Shown here: one piece after another, positions 1 through 13,689 of the stretch
Numbering within the stretch: the first letter of the stretch is position 1
How the letters are laid out: each line of letters starts with the position of its first letter
Origin: the human T2T-CHM13v2.0 reference genome, Homo sapiens
Strand: one strand, 5' to 3'
Assembly (NCBI RefSeq): GCF_009914755.1
Contig: NC_060931.1
Length of the DNA stretch: 64,000 bases
The notes under the pieces: model-generated
The model's database searches: none
Seen by the model: only the letters and a program-made list of their open reading frames with translations
What the model was told of the DNA's origin: nothing
Program-made: the position numbers and the translations under genes

Positions 1-187
1 CTTGCTAATTAAAGAAGGGCATTGACTTCTTCTAGGGATTTTCTGATGCACTGTAAGAATTCATTATTGTGTTTTGACATGTCATAACATCCTCCAGAAA
101 ACCAGGACATAAATGGACTTTCTTTCTGCTCCTTACACTGTTCTAGCTTATGTGATTTGATTTGTTTTTTTTGTTTTGAAACATCAT

Positions 188-543
188 TGTATTAGTCTGT
201 TTTCATGCTGCTGATAAAGACATAACCGAGACTGGGAAGAAAAAGAGCTTTAATTGGACTTACAGTTCCACGTGGCTGGGGAGGCCTCAGAATCATGGTG
301 GGAGGTGAAAGACACTTCTTACCCAGTGGCAGCGAGAGAAGAAATGAGGAAGGTGAAAATGCGGAACCTCCTGATAAAACCATCAGATCTCAAGAGACTT
401 ATTCACTACCATGAGAAGGGTATGGGGAAAACCACCCCCATGATTCAAATTATCTCCCACCAGTCCCTCCCACAACACATGGGAATTATGGGAATCCAAT
501 TCAAGATGAGATTTGGGTGGGGACACAGAGCCAAACCATATCA
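188..543 (-). mobile_element. THE1-family (MaLR) solo LTR
   Basis: Reverse complement runs tgatatggtttggct...gactaataca, the THE1 LTR termini. 5-bp target-site duplication ATCAT at 183-187 and 544-548. Confidence 0.92.
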
Positions 544-879
544 ATCATAGTTCATATTTTTTTCTTCTTTACAGAAAGGTCAGCTATTGTATATTTGCTA
601 CGATGGTTATTTTCACTAATTCCAAATTTCTTAAATTTTCCAAGATTTGATATAACTCAGCTTACAATGATAAAATTTAACAATATTGAAGCTTTTAGAA
701 TTTGCTCCCACAGTATCCATTAATGGATTCCAAATAAAGACAAGGTAAATGGACTCCTACTGAAAAATATTTCCTGATTTTCCACAGTGTTCTGGAGAGT
801 TAAGAATGTCAGAACACTGATGACAACATACCTGACTTCTTAATATAGTAGTGGTTTAGGTAATGATCATAGAACAAAT

Positions 880-1105
880 GCTTATGTGATATTTACTCAG
901 TGCCAGGTAACTCTCAAAGGACTTTACATGCATTAACTAGTATACTCTTTACCATTACCCTATGTGGTAAGTTCTATTGCTATCCTCATTTTACAGATCA
1001 GGAAACTACAGCTTTGAGAGGCAATAAAATATTTACTGAGGTCACATGGCTAAAAATTGACAGAGACAAAATATTTGCATTAAGGCTTCTAACCACTTTG
1101 CTATA
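880..1105 (-). mobile_element. MIR SINE fragment
   Basis: MIR core in antisense: ctttacatgcattaac...cctcattttacagatcaggaaact...ggtcacatggct. Boundaries approximate. Confidence 0.8.
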
Positions 1106-2008
1106 TCAGCCCTCATGTCTAAAATGTAAATTGCCTCAGGTAGACAGATTTTATTCACTGTTTTGATTTCCTCATGGCTTTCTTCATGAACCTCAGCCTC
1201 TAATGTGAAGAAACAAATCTTTGCTTTGCAGTATGTTCAAGCATCTAATCACATGTTTGGTGGGACACTGGAACATAGCATCCTTTGATAATTTATTTTA
1301 CACAGTTGTATTCTGTTTCGCTATTTTACACGGGGATGGCTATTCTATGAAAATGTGGAAGTATTTGATCCAAATCTTATAGAATACTTTTGTGCTCAAA
1401 CCTCTATAAATAGGCCTGCAGTGGTCTTGTCTGCTTTGTGAGGCATTGCCTGTGTCCTCAGAATCTGTTTGAAGAGTTTCCATGTTAACTTCAGGGCCTC
1501 ACATGAGGTATCCCTGGATCCTGATCCTGGGGAGGCTGCAGCGGGGCTTAGCGCCACAAGAGGTGACCCTTCATCACATGCCGCTCAAAATCACAGAAAT
1601 CACAACATCTCAAGTGCCAAAGCAAAAATAAGGCCAAATAAGGAAGAGAGCATCAATCTCTCCTTCCTGATGTTTCTCTTGTAAGCTTTAAGGCCACATG
1701 GGGGATGTAAGGAGGGTGATTCCAATTATATTTCCTCTAAACTGGACTGCATAATTGAGAATAAAGTGAGCTGATTTTTTAAATTGCAGTGGAGCAACAG
1801 AGATAAACTGGCCATTTCCCAGGTGTACAAACTGATGTACACATGGTCACACTGGAAATAGAAAAATCAACAAATACATAAACATAATGACCACAAGCTC
1901 TGACTCATTATCTCATGTCTGACCAACAATTGTGCCTTAGTTCATAGAAGAATCATTAGCCTCCAAGTTTGGCAGATGAAGCTTGGAAAACCTTTAAACA
2001 CATGCGTG

Positions 2009-2012
<4 letters not shown>

Positions 2013-2049
<37 letters not shown>
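2013..2049. repeat. (CA)n microsatellite
   Basis: Direct reading; preceded by tgcgtgcacg. Confidence 0.97.
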
Positions 2050-2053
<4 letters not shown>

Positions 2054-3936
2054 CAAGAAGTTTTAGCCTCTTTGTCTCCAATTTGCATAATGTAGGCCTA
2101 TTTTCTAATAGTTAACTTGCCGCTTATTACTAAGGATGTTAATTTCCACATCTTTTCCAGCCATATTTAGTTTGGAAGTGTAATCCCATTGTGTATCTCT
2201 AATATATTTTTCAACATAATACATCTGCTAGATTTCAAATTACATTTCAGTGAGTAGTTCTTGTCTTGTATTCAACCCCCGTTTAATGTTTGCACTCAAA
2301 TGAAACAACTTGGTAAGCAAAGTGCCTTCAGCAGTTCTGTCAAGATTTAGTAACTTAATCTGGATTCCTGTTAAACCACTCTTCATAACTAAACACTTGG
2401 GTAGACTCTGGCTGAGATCTCATTGCTGGAAGCTAAATATATACTGATTAGGAGAGAAGCAACCCTGGGGCATGTTACTGAACAAATGCATCATCATTTC
2501 TATGCAGACATTTGTACTTGAAAAAACAATCACAATTTAATAAGTAACAGACGTAAGAAGAAGATAAATGATAGAAGTTATTGGAGAGCAAAGGACTTGC
2601 TAAAGATGGTGCAAGATCTCAAATTAATGAAAGAAAAGATTAAAACTGTTTCAAACATGTTGTCTGACCACTAAATGTAAATATCATGTGGCCTGACTGA
2701 TACACAGATGAAGTAGCATTTTAAAACTGTGAATAAGAACCACTTACTTTTCCACACTGAACATCATTTTATCTCTTTGAATAGCAAACTAGGTCTTTGT
2801 CAACAACAGCCAGATGTGGTCATTGAAAGCTAAGTACCGTGTTGGACTGCATGTCTAGTGAAGTGGAATGGGTGAGAGGGGACAAAAATTCCATTTTCTG
2901 ACCAAGCCAAATAATTCTGTCATTATTGCATTACAATTAGCCCTTCATAATTAGAAGGAATCGAGTAGCTTGGGGATTTAATCTGAATTGGTAATAAAAA
3001 TGGAAATGGCTTTAAATTATGCCCTATGAGACATACTTACAGGAAATGGGGCGGATGTAAGTAAACAGGAGGCAAATATTGATAAGTGCAGTCATTTGGG
3101 GGTAGTTGGGAAAATCACATGAGACTTTTTCTCTGTGGCTTTGAGGTCTCATCCAGAGCACATTGGAAAAAGAGAAGTAAATGGATTTGATCTCAGTATA
3201 ACTTTTCAGCAGTTAGAGCTGTTCAAAGGAGGAATATTTTGTTCATTATTACCACACATATTGAAGTAGGTCTGATGACCACCAGATGAGCATATTGTGG
3301 TGAAGACTGAAATATCCGATGAGTGGTTGATTACATAGCCACCACATCTTTCTATTGTAATGAGATTCTCTGTCCTCCCTTCCCTCATAATCAAATTGAG
3401 ATAGGGAATGCAGGAGGAATTTAGCGTACTTCAACAAAATTATTCAATAATAAGTATTTTATTAGGTAAATGAATAATTTAGATCCCATTTCTCAAAAAA
3501 TTAGTTGAAGAAATAATTAAGTGACATTGTTCAGGTGTCATATGGGCCTAGTTTCTGAGGTGAGAAGTTGGCTGCTCATTTCCACAGAGGGTTGAGTGAA
3601 AGAAAATTGAGCTGAAATAAAGAAGGAATAATTTAAAATATATGTATTAAAAGTTTATTAGTTTAAGTGGGTATACAATATTGAACCTGGCTGCCCTGAA
3701 AATTTTAATAAAGAATAATAACAACCTATTTGGTTACATATAACCCTGTTATAAGAATGTTGTAACACATTAAGTACATGATATCTTTGTAATGAAGTTA
3801 TATCTAGTTACATGCTGCTCAAAATGTATTCAAAATACAAAGAATGCCAGCGTAAATGGAAAAACCAACTCAATTCTCAAGGTTTGGAGAATTATTAGTA
3901 TGTCTACTGAATATTGTCTACTAATTTGCCACAGAA

Positions 3937-4450
3937 GAGGAGTTTTCTGACCACTTAATTGAAAACAGAACCTCCTAAATAACCCCTTCATTATTTCTAT
4001 TGCAAAACTCTGTTCATTTCCTTCTCCACGGGGATCACTGGCTTGTAAAGGTTTCTTTTCTTGCTTGTTGTCTTGTTCATTGTCTGTCCCATCCAATGTC
4101 ACTTAAGCTCCACAACGGTGTGGACTGATGATATCTGTCTTCTTCCTTGCATCCATCCCCCAAATCTAGCATCGTGCCAAAGAGACAGGAATTGCTCAAG
4201 GAATACTTGTGGAATAAACGTGTATGTTTGCTTTTGTTTGAATAAGTTACATGCATTTGCCATTGTAAACTAAACTGGTTTGGTGAACGGCTTGCATTTT
4301 ATTTAAGAAAAATGAATTAGGCTTTTCGAATGTGAAGTTACAAAGCAATTACCTTTTTCTGCTACAAGAAAAATTCCTTCATCCTTCTCTTATATATGAT
4401 TGAAAATATATTAGTAAAGCCTTCTTCGTTTTTCTTTGCCCAGTATGAAG
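3937..4450 (+). repeat. Inverted repeat, left arm (514 bp); partner at 10292-11112
   Basis: Hand alignment to the reverse complement of 10292-11112 (excluding the Alu) gave 12 substitutions plus one 1-bp indel. The ORF track shows near-identical 70-aa translations at 4061..4273(+) and 10776..10988(-). Confidence 0.97.
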
Positions 4451-4724
4451 AATTGTTTCTAAAACACGTCCTTGGCACAATCTCCAGCCAGAGAGTGGGC
4501 ACCAGCTTGGCTTCAAGGTGTGACCTCTCTCCCTGTACAATATTTTAAATATAGTGTTCAATGAATACTAAGATAAGCACAGGATTTGCAATACATGAAT
4601 TTAAATTTCCACTATATGATCTTGAAAACAAATATCTGTTAGCCTTTTTTTCCAAGAAATTTAGTTTCCTAGCAGATAAAATGTAGAAGATAAAAATCTT
4701 CCTAGAAGATTTCCAGAGTGAGGC

Positions 4725-4777
4725 TGTATTGCATATTTCTTGTTTGCATATTTCTTGTATTGCATATTTCTTGTTTG
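4725..4777. repeat. Short tandem repeat of 15-16-bp units, tgt(a)ttgcatatttct, ~3.4 copies
   Basis: Direct reading. Confidence 0.9.
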
Positions 4778-5848
4778 AACACAGTGAGAATCCTGGTATA
4801 TGTGACGTTGCCTGAGGCTCTGCCTTCTTGGGGACTTCAAGGAGCACTCCAGGAAGAGTGTGCAACATCAGCAAGATGCAACAGGGGAGAGGAAAGGCTG
4901 AGACCTTCCTCTCATACAGATGAGGTGTCTGCCTACCCTTGAGCAGCAGGGCTAAGCACACAGAGCCCACAGGCTTCGAGAACTTCTAAAGTCTGTTCTA
5001 CAGAAATATTTAGATGAGATTATGAGGTATTCAAAAAGGTTTTTCAAAGCAAAATAAGTTTGGGAAACTGCATTAAGTAAAGTTTGCTTAGAGCTTTCAC
5101 ATGCTAAGATGCAATGTTTAGAAATTCTGAAAGTACCAGTGCATGTGATGAAACTCTGATGAATGGTGGTGTCACTTCCCTATTGTTAAGTATTTGGGGA
5201 CCAAAATCATCTCTTATAATCTATCTTTCCTGGTGCCATATAGGTCATGGTTGAGAACTTGATGAAAGTTGAATAAAAATATCTAACACTTCTTGTAAAG
5301 TATCTGGAGCCAGGATGCCAGGTAGGCCTGAAAAGCATTTGTTTAAAACCAATGTTCTTTGCTGCCTGGAACATTAGTTTGATTTTATCAACTTTAAAAA
5401 TGGAAAAGAAAAAGAGTAACTAGGCTGAGTACAATGAGTCCTTTTAAAAATATATCTTTTTAATTTTTGTTCAAAATCATTATTGCTTTTATTACAAAAT
5501 AAAACAAAAATAGAAAACCACACAAACAAATCCATACTTTATTGAATTAATGTAATGTCAAGACACATTTTAAGAAAAGATTAGCTGGATAATCCAGAAA
5601 CAAATACAACTCTTTTGTTTTATAAATTATTTTTCCATTTTTTTACTGTTATATTTCTTTTCTCTCTGAAACAAGAGCTAAAGCATTGCTTCTGCTTTCT
5701 AATCATTTTTTTGTTATGTCTATCAGAATATAGTCTCCCTTTTTTCAGTCTTCACTCTCTGTCTCCTGGTTAAATGCTGATCTCCATTCAGGGATCTGAT
5801 GGAGTCCCGGTGGCTAAATATGGCAGTGAAGAAAGTACCAACCATGCT

Positions 5849-7254
5849 AGGGCTCAGAAGAAGAAAAATGTGGGAAAGTTTGTAACTTCTTAGAGACTTG
5901 GAGGGCTCAGAAGACAGGAAGATGTGGGAAAGTTAGAAACTTCCTAGAGACTTGTTGAATGGCTTTGCTCAAAATGCTGATAGTGATATGGACAATAAAG
6001 TCCAGGCTGAGGTGATCTCAGATAGAGATGAGGAAGTTGTTGAGAACTGAGGTAAATGTCACTCTTGCTATGCAAAGAGACTGGTGGCATTTTGCCCCTA
6101 CCCTAGAGGTCTGTGTAACTTTGAGCTTGAGAGAGATGATTTAGTGTATCTGGTGGAAGAAATTTCTAAGTGACAAAGAGTTCAAGATGAAGCAGAGCAT
6201 AAAAGTTTGAAATATTTGCAGCCTGGTGATATAGTAGAAAAGAAAAACCCATTTTATGGGGAGAAATTCAAGCCACCAGCAGAAATTTGCATAAGTAACG
6301 AGTAGCCAAATACTAATTGCCAATACAATAGGGAAAAAGTCTCTGTGGCATGTCAGAGACCTTAATGGCAGCCCCTCCCATCACAGACCCAGAGGCCTAG
6401 AAGGTAAAAATAGTTTCTTGGGTCAGGTCCAGGGTCTCTTGCTGTGTGCAGGCTCAGGACTTAGTGCCCTGGGTCCCAGCCACTCCAGCCACGGCAAAAA
6501 AGGGGCCCAGGTATAGCTCAGGCTATTGCTTCAGAGGGTGCAAGTCCCAAGACTTGGCCGCTTCGACATGGTGTTGAGTTTGTGACTGCACAGAGGTCAA
6601 GAATTAAGGTTTGGAACCTCCACCTAGATTTCAGAGGATGTATGGAAATGCCTGTATATCCAGGTAGAGATATGCTGCAGGGACAGAGCCCTCATAGAGG
6701 TGTTAGGGCAGTTCAGAAGGGAAATGTGGACTGTGAGCCCCCACACAGAGGCCCCCACCATCAGCTTCCACTGTGTGCCTGGAAAAGCTGCAGGGAATGC
6801 CAGCCCCTGAAAGCAACCAGGAGAGAGGCTGTACCCTGCAAAGCCACAGGGGTGGAGCTGCCCAATTTCATGGGAACCTACTACTTGCAGTATCATGACC
6901 TGCATATGAGCCATGGAGTCAAAGGAGATCATTTTGGAGCCGTCAGATTTGACTGCCCTCCTGGATTTTGAACTTTCATGGGACCTGTAGCCCCTTTGTT
7001 TTGTCCAATTTCTCCCATTTGGAATGGGTGAATTTACCCAATGCTTGTACTCCCGTTGTATCTAAGAAGTAACTAACTTGCTTTTTATTTTACAGTCTGA
7101 TAGGTGTAAGAGACTTGCCTTGTCTCAGATGACACTTTGGATTGTGAACCTTTGGGTTAATGCTGAAATGACTTAAGACTTCAGGGGACTGTTGAGAAGG
7201 CATGACTGGTTTTGAAATGTGAGGATATGAGATTTGGGAGGGGCCGGGGCAGAA
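5849..7254 (+). mobile_element. THE1-int internal region, 5'-truncated
   Basis: gagggctcagaag...gtgggaaagtt...cctagagacttgttgaatggc...ggacaataaagtccaggctgaggt matches THE1 internal sequence. Ends in purine tract gggaggggccggggcagaa before the LTR. Confidence 0.9.
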
Positions 7255-7619
7255 TAATATGGTTTGGCTGCATCCCCACCCAAATCTCATCTTAAATTGT
7301 AGCTCTCATAATCTCCACGTGTCATGGGAGGGACCTGGTGGGAGGTAGTTGAATCATAGGGGCAGGTTTTTCCCATGCTTTTATCATCACAGTGAATAAG
7401 TTTCATGAGATCTAATGGTTTTATAAAGGGGAGTTCCCTTGTACACACTCTGTTTGCCTGCTGCCATGTAATACATGACTTTGCTCCTTCTTTGCCTTCC
7501 ACTATAATTGTGAGGCCTCCCCAGCCACATGGAACTGTGAGTCCATTAAACCCCTGTCCTTTATAAATTATCCAGTCTTGGGTATGTTTGTATTAGCAGC
7601 ATGAGAATGGACTAATACA
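7255..7619 (+). mobile_element. THE1-family 3' LTR
   Basis: taatatggtttggctgcatccccacccaaatctc...gagaatggactaataca. Confidence 0.92.
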
Positions 7620-8887
7620 TGCAGTAATCAAAGACTTCACAGAAATTTTAAAAATGGAGGAAGAGAAAATTATCTCTGGATCTGATTCAGAACCAAATGT
7701 GTGGCTAACAGTCTAGTGAAATGGAACGCATTGTAGAAAATTATAAATCCAAGAAAAATCATGGAAGCGAATAAAATTGTTCTGAAAAACAAGATCCTGC
7801 TATATGCATTTTGAAGGGTCTAAATAATAATTGCAGTATTAGGAATTTCTTCATAGAAATTTTAATTAAAAAATTAAAATTGCATACATATATTCAAGGA
7901 AAACAACTTGGTATTTATAAAGCAAGCAGGTACTAGTTCTAAACTAAATGCTAGGGTTCAGATAAAGAATTTAGATATAAGAATAAGATGATCTGAGAAT
8001 ATTATATTGGGTAGGTTTTTGTTACACATGGAGAAAATAGACAAAGGCTTTCAGATGTGGAAAACTACATTATATTCATATACCTAAAATAAGACAGGAG
8101 GAGAAGAAGGAAAATAGGTAGGAAAGAAGGAGGAGAATCCAGCTTTTCAAAGTATGAAAAAAAAGCAATAAATATGCAAAAAATTAAAATGCCAGAAAAA
8201 AACTGATGGTGTACTTGAAATGCTGGATTAACCTCTGGGACTTTCAACATCCATAACAACTTTCAAAAAAGACCTGAAGAGATTAATCATGTCAGTAAGC
8301 TCCACCTGACTAAATTACTTACCCTAATGTGGTCAAAGGGTTGATGTTTTATTTTATAATTAATATAAAATTATAGTTAATTTCTCATTATGGTTGAAAA
8401 CCATAATAGGACATAAAAATTCTCTGAGAAGGTATTTCTTTTCAGACAGGAGATGATAACTTATTCAAAAGCCTAAACCATGAAAATTATAATTATAATA
8501 GTAAAATATCTCAAGAAAAAATACAAGAACCAAATGTAACCACAGGCTCAACAGATTCATGCTTAAGTAATAGGAATATGTTTATTTTTATTTTTAATTT
8601 AACATATCTTTAATGACTACATTTTTCTACCTCAATTTAAACTGTTTAATAAGAAAAATTACCTTTTATGAAAATACTAGAATTGTTTAAACAACTGCTA
8701 TTTTTAACAGAGTGTCACAGTATTTGTCTGCTATGAACAAGGAACAAAATCATCTAAAGTGAGAACAAGTAGGAAAAAAAATCCTGCAATTTTATTTAAG
8801 AAAACATTTTAGAAGATTAATAAAAAAAATTTAATGTAAACATTGAAATGAGCACAGCTGGTTTCCAAGGTAAACAGGCAGAAAAAT

Positions 8888-9251
8888 TGTCTTGGTCCAT
8901 TTGGGCTCTTATAACAGAAAACCATAGATTGGGTGACTTAAACAACAAACATTTATTCTCACAGTTGTGGAGGCTGGGAAGTCCAAGATCAAAGCACGGA
9001 CATGTCCTTTGTCTGGTGAGGGCCCACTTCCTGGTTCATAGACTGCTGTCTTCCTGCTGTGTCCCCATTTGGCAGAAGAGTCAAGGGCATTCTCTCTCAT
9101 CTCTTCTCATAAGAACACTACTCTGATCAGAAATGCTCCACTCCCATGACCCCATTACCTCTCAAAGACTCCCCCTTTTAGCACCACCCCATTCATGGCT
9201 AGGGTTTCCAATAAGAATTTAAGGGGGACCACAAACTTGCAGTTCATAACA
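8888..9251 (-). mobile_element. MLT1A-like MaLR solo LTR
   Basis: tgtcttggtccatttgggct...catttattctcacagttgtggaggctgggaagtccaagatcaa...cagttcataaca. Confidence 0.82.
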
Positions 9252-10291
9252 GAAGTTAAATACCATTTATGTCACTTGCTAGGAGAGCTGACACTGGGGA
9301 AGTCCTCAGTGTTTAGAAATCTCTCAAACATTCTTATACTGATGAAGAGAGATAAAAGTGTGCTAAATACTCTTTTATATAGACAATACCCAAGACACTC
9401 ATTACTTTATCACAATAATGATCTTCAACCATGACTGTAAATTAAAATACCGTGTGGTGTATTTTTAAAAAATGCAACTTAAAAGCATGATTCCAAACCT
9501 ATCAATTATCGTGTCTTAGGATGGAGTCTGTACTTCAAATTTTTTCAAAGCTCCCTGAGAAATTATGGTGCACTAAAAGGTTAAGAAAATAGTGAAAACA
9601 ATAGAATAAAGTTTTCCCATCAGAAGTTATATATACCTGAATTGTCTAATCTTAATTTATAAAACATTTGTTCCAACTTCCCAAGATCTTATTCATATAA
9701 TTATATGAATAAATTCATGTGGATTATACAAATGAAGGTAGACATAGGTTTTTAGAGTTTGTGGACTGGAAATCAATACCACTCTTGCAAAAGCAGAGGT
9801 GTTTACAAGCTATTTTTAAAATATATTCACACCAAATTTAGGAAATGTTTATTGCACTTTTCCTGTGTTTGCATTTCAGAGGGAGGAAAGTGAGTTTGTG
9901 TTAAATCATATACTTTATGGATGTGTCTGTGCTTGCTACTCCAGGCAGGAGGTAAATGAATAAACAGAATAACAATACAGCAAACAAACTAGGTTTTCTT
10001 TTTAAGTGCCATCTCCTGGAGAAAGAGGTCAGGCTGAGAAATGCCCTCTATTCTCACTTATCCTTTACAAAATTCAGGATTTTTCATGCCAGACACCTAT
10101 CCTCACATATTTTCCTTTTACTTGTGTGTTTCTTTCCACCTCATTATTTACTTATTTATTATTTTCTGGCCTTATTTACAGTCTAAGAATACAAAACAAA
10201 CCCAATTCAGTTTACAATTCTATGTACGAGAGAAACTTCCAAATTGAAGGATATGCAAAAATTTGCTTAGAATTCAGTTATGAGACTTTTC

Positions 10292-11112
<821 letters not shown>

Positions 11113-12034
11113 CCTGAAGATGCAGAAGCTGAAATGGGGAGCTAAGCAGGCACAGCCTTGTGACAAGCTGACTGATGAGCAAAACTGACCAGACCGGGGT
11201 GGCTCTGTTTTGTGAACAGAAAAAAGGCCAGTGTGTCTGGAACATAGCAAGGCAGGGAGGCTGGATTCTGAGTAAGGATTTAAAAGTAGATGGGACCTAA
11301 AAGATATGGGATGTAGATTTTATTGTAAGGGCAAAATGAGGGCATTGAATGACTTTGTGGAAACTCCAAAATCAAGAAGAAATCATGACTAGGTTTCCAT
11401 TTACCAAGCATGCTGGCTGCTGTGTAGAGAATGGGCTGAGGGGGTCAGAGGGGGCAGCAGGGAACAACCAGGAGCCCCTTGCGGAATTCTTGGTGAAAGA
11501 TGTTGGGAACACTTCCCTAGGTGAGTGGCAGTGCACATAGGTTGTGGCCACACATGTAAGATACATTTTAGAGGAAAACTCAGAAGCCCAACCGATGAAT
11601 TAAATGTGAGGGGTTGAGAAAAGAGAACAATTCAAGTTGATTACCATGTTTCTGGCTAAGGCAACTAGAAAGAAGGAAGAATTGATATTAACGGTTGATG
11701 AAACTGGCCAGGGCACATGCTTAGAGGTGTGTTCAAAAATTCCATTATGATAGTCTTAATAGGTGAGATGCCTATAAAATATCCAAGTGCAGATGTTCAA
11801 GATGGAATGAAAAATAATATGGAGATCAGATAAGTGGTCTAGACTGGAAACATAAATTTGGGGTTCATCATTTAGATGACCTCTTAAGGCATGGGAATGA
11901 ATGAGATACCCCAAGGAGAGAACAGAGATAGGAAAGAGAAAGGGACCCAGGTGCTACCACGTGGAATTTAGTTTGAGGAAAAGTAGTCCGCAAAGGAAAC
12001 TAAGGGAACTAGAGAAGGGAAAGACAGGAAGCAT

Positions 12035-13100
12035 ATCAGGCCATGTTATAGCAACAAACAGCCTAGGAATGTTAGTGCTTGACAAAATCAGAGCTTGATT
12101 TCTCACTCAAACCACGTGATTTGCTCAGGTTGGCTCAGGGATTACTCCAAAATCAAGGCTGAGAAAGCCACTGTTTTCAATATTGCCTATTGCCATGGCA
12201 GGAGGAAAGAGCCGGGCAGGCTTTGAATGGACAGTTCAATGTAGGTGCCTGGCAGCTATAGGTCTGAATTCTACTCAAATGTCATCAGTCATTGCTAGTC
12301 ACTTAGTCCCCAACTGCGCAAGAGCTATTTCGCCATGCACTGAACTATTTGGTGAACCATATTAAGGTCAGTAAGAATCTGCTTTTCTGATGGCCAGATA
12401 TTTCTCACTCTTACTAAAGAAGTCAACCAAGCCAGAATCCCAACCAGTCATAGCATAAAAGAGCAGATCTGTGGGTAGTGTTTGGTAATTATTGGACTAC
12501 ATCACATTCAGGTGTGGGTCCTTTTCATACAGAGACCTATGAAACAGAACAACCTATCTACCCCAAAGGAACCTACAATGCATTGATGGAGCCGAGTGGA
12601 TAGGTAATCTCATTCAAAACTCCCATTTGGAAAGACACTCATAGGAAATTCTCTGCAAAATCTTCCTGGTTAGGGTCTGATTCCTCTCCCTAGAAGGGTC
12701 TCTCCATTGCACAGTTCTCCAAGGACCTTGGCTTCCCCTTATGTAAGTTGGTTCCTTCTTTATCATGCTCTTTGGACACATCCGAATCAAGCATTGGACA
12801 ATATGTTCTCCTTGGACACTGAGCAGGTTTTTCTGTCTGCTTCTTACCCACAGAAAGATTTTGCCCGAGGGATTGTCTTAAATCTTGAAAAATCAAACAT
12901 GTTTATAATCCAGGCTTATGGTGTTTCAGCAGCGCAGTTGCCTCACAAACATTCCCTGCTTCTTATCTTTTATTCCAGTGAGCTCCATGTGCCAATTTAT
13001 GTAAGACGTGCCCTCCTCTCTCTTATTTATTCCAGATATTTCAGTCTAACAGCCTCCACAGGAAGAGTGAAGCCTTTAGTCTCTTTTTCTTGAGCAATTT
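12035..13100 (-). mobile_element. Old MLT1-type MaLR LTR plus internal fragment
   Basis: Degenerate MLT1-like motifs (atgttatagcaacaaacagcc; cagagacctatgaaac). Low similarity. Confidence 0.45.
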
Positions 13101-13689
13101 TGCTAAAAATTTATTTACAGGGACCATCTTGACTCTCTGCACCGGAAAAAACAGATGTCACCACTGCTATCTGGATAGACATTGTTATGTTTTCAAAATC
13201 TTAAAAAGTTATTTTCAAATAATTTACAGAATCAAGAGTAAAGGAATAGTGAAAAATAACTATTAAAAAACTTTAGTAAGAATTTAAACAGAAAACCCAT
13301 GTTTTTTTAATTTCATATTTACCTGGTGGTAAGGGTATATGCATGTGAAATAAGCAAAGTTCTTTGAAAGAAACTCACGTGCTCATCAACTCTCATGAAA
13401 TAAACTGGGCCATATCAATCTGGTAAATACTGATTCCTGTCTTCAAACATTCACATCAATTCCATCTTACGATTACTTCACGTGCAGCATGTTCTTTCTT
13501 TCTTCATCAAAATGCGATTGATTTTGAAGCTGTGAAACCTCATAATTTTGTTGCAGAGAGGTTAGCCATCACTTTTGGACCTAATTGTAAAATATTTTTC
13601 ATTTTTACATTTGTAAACACCAAGTAGAATGGTCTGCTAATATTGTAGATTATTTCTACATAACACATGGTCTGCCAATCAACTTTTCT

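Noticed and set aside
1548-1570. CTCF-like motif tagcgccacaagaggtgac
   Set aside because: Several core mismatches on either strand.
4451-4560. Possible faint continuation of IR homology inward (cttcaa...tctc...gtaca vs reverse complement of 10200-10290)
   Set aside because: Too weak to distinguish from chance in AT-rich DNA without a scored alignment.
6582-6971. 129-aa and 102-aa ORFs
   Set aside because: Chance frames in decayed THE1 internal sequence.
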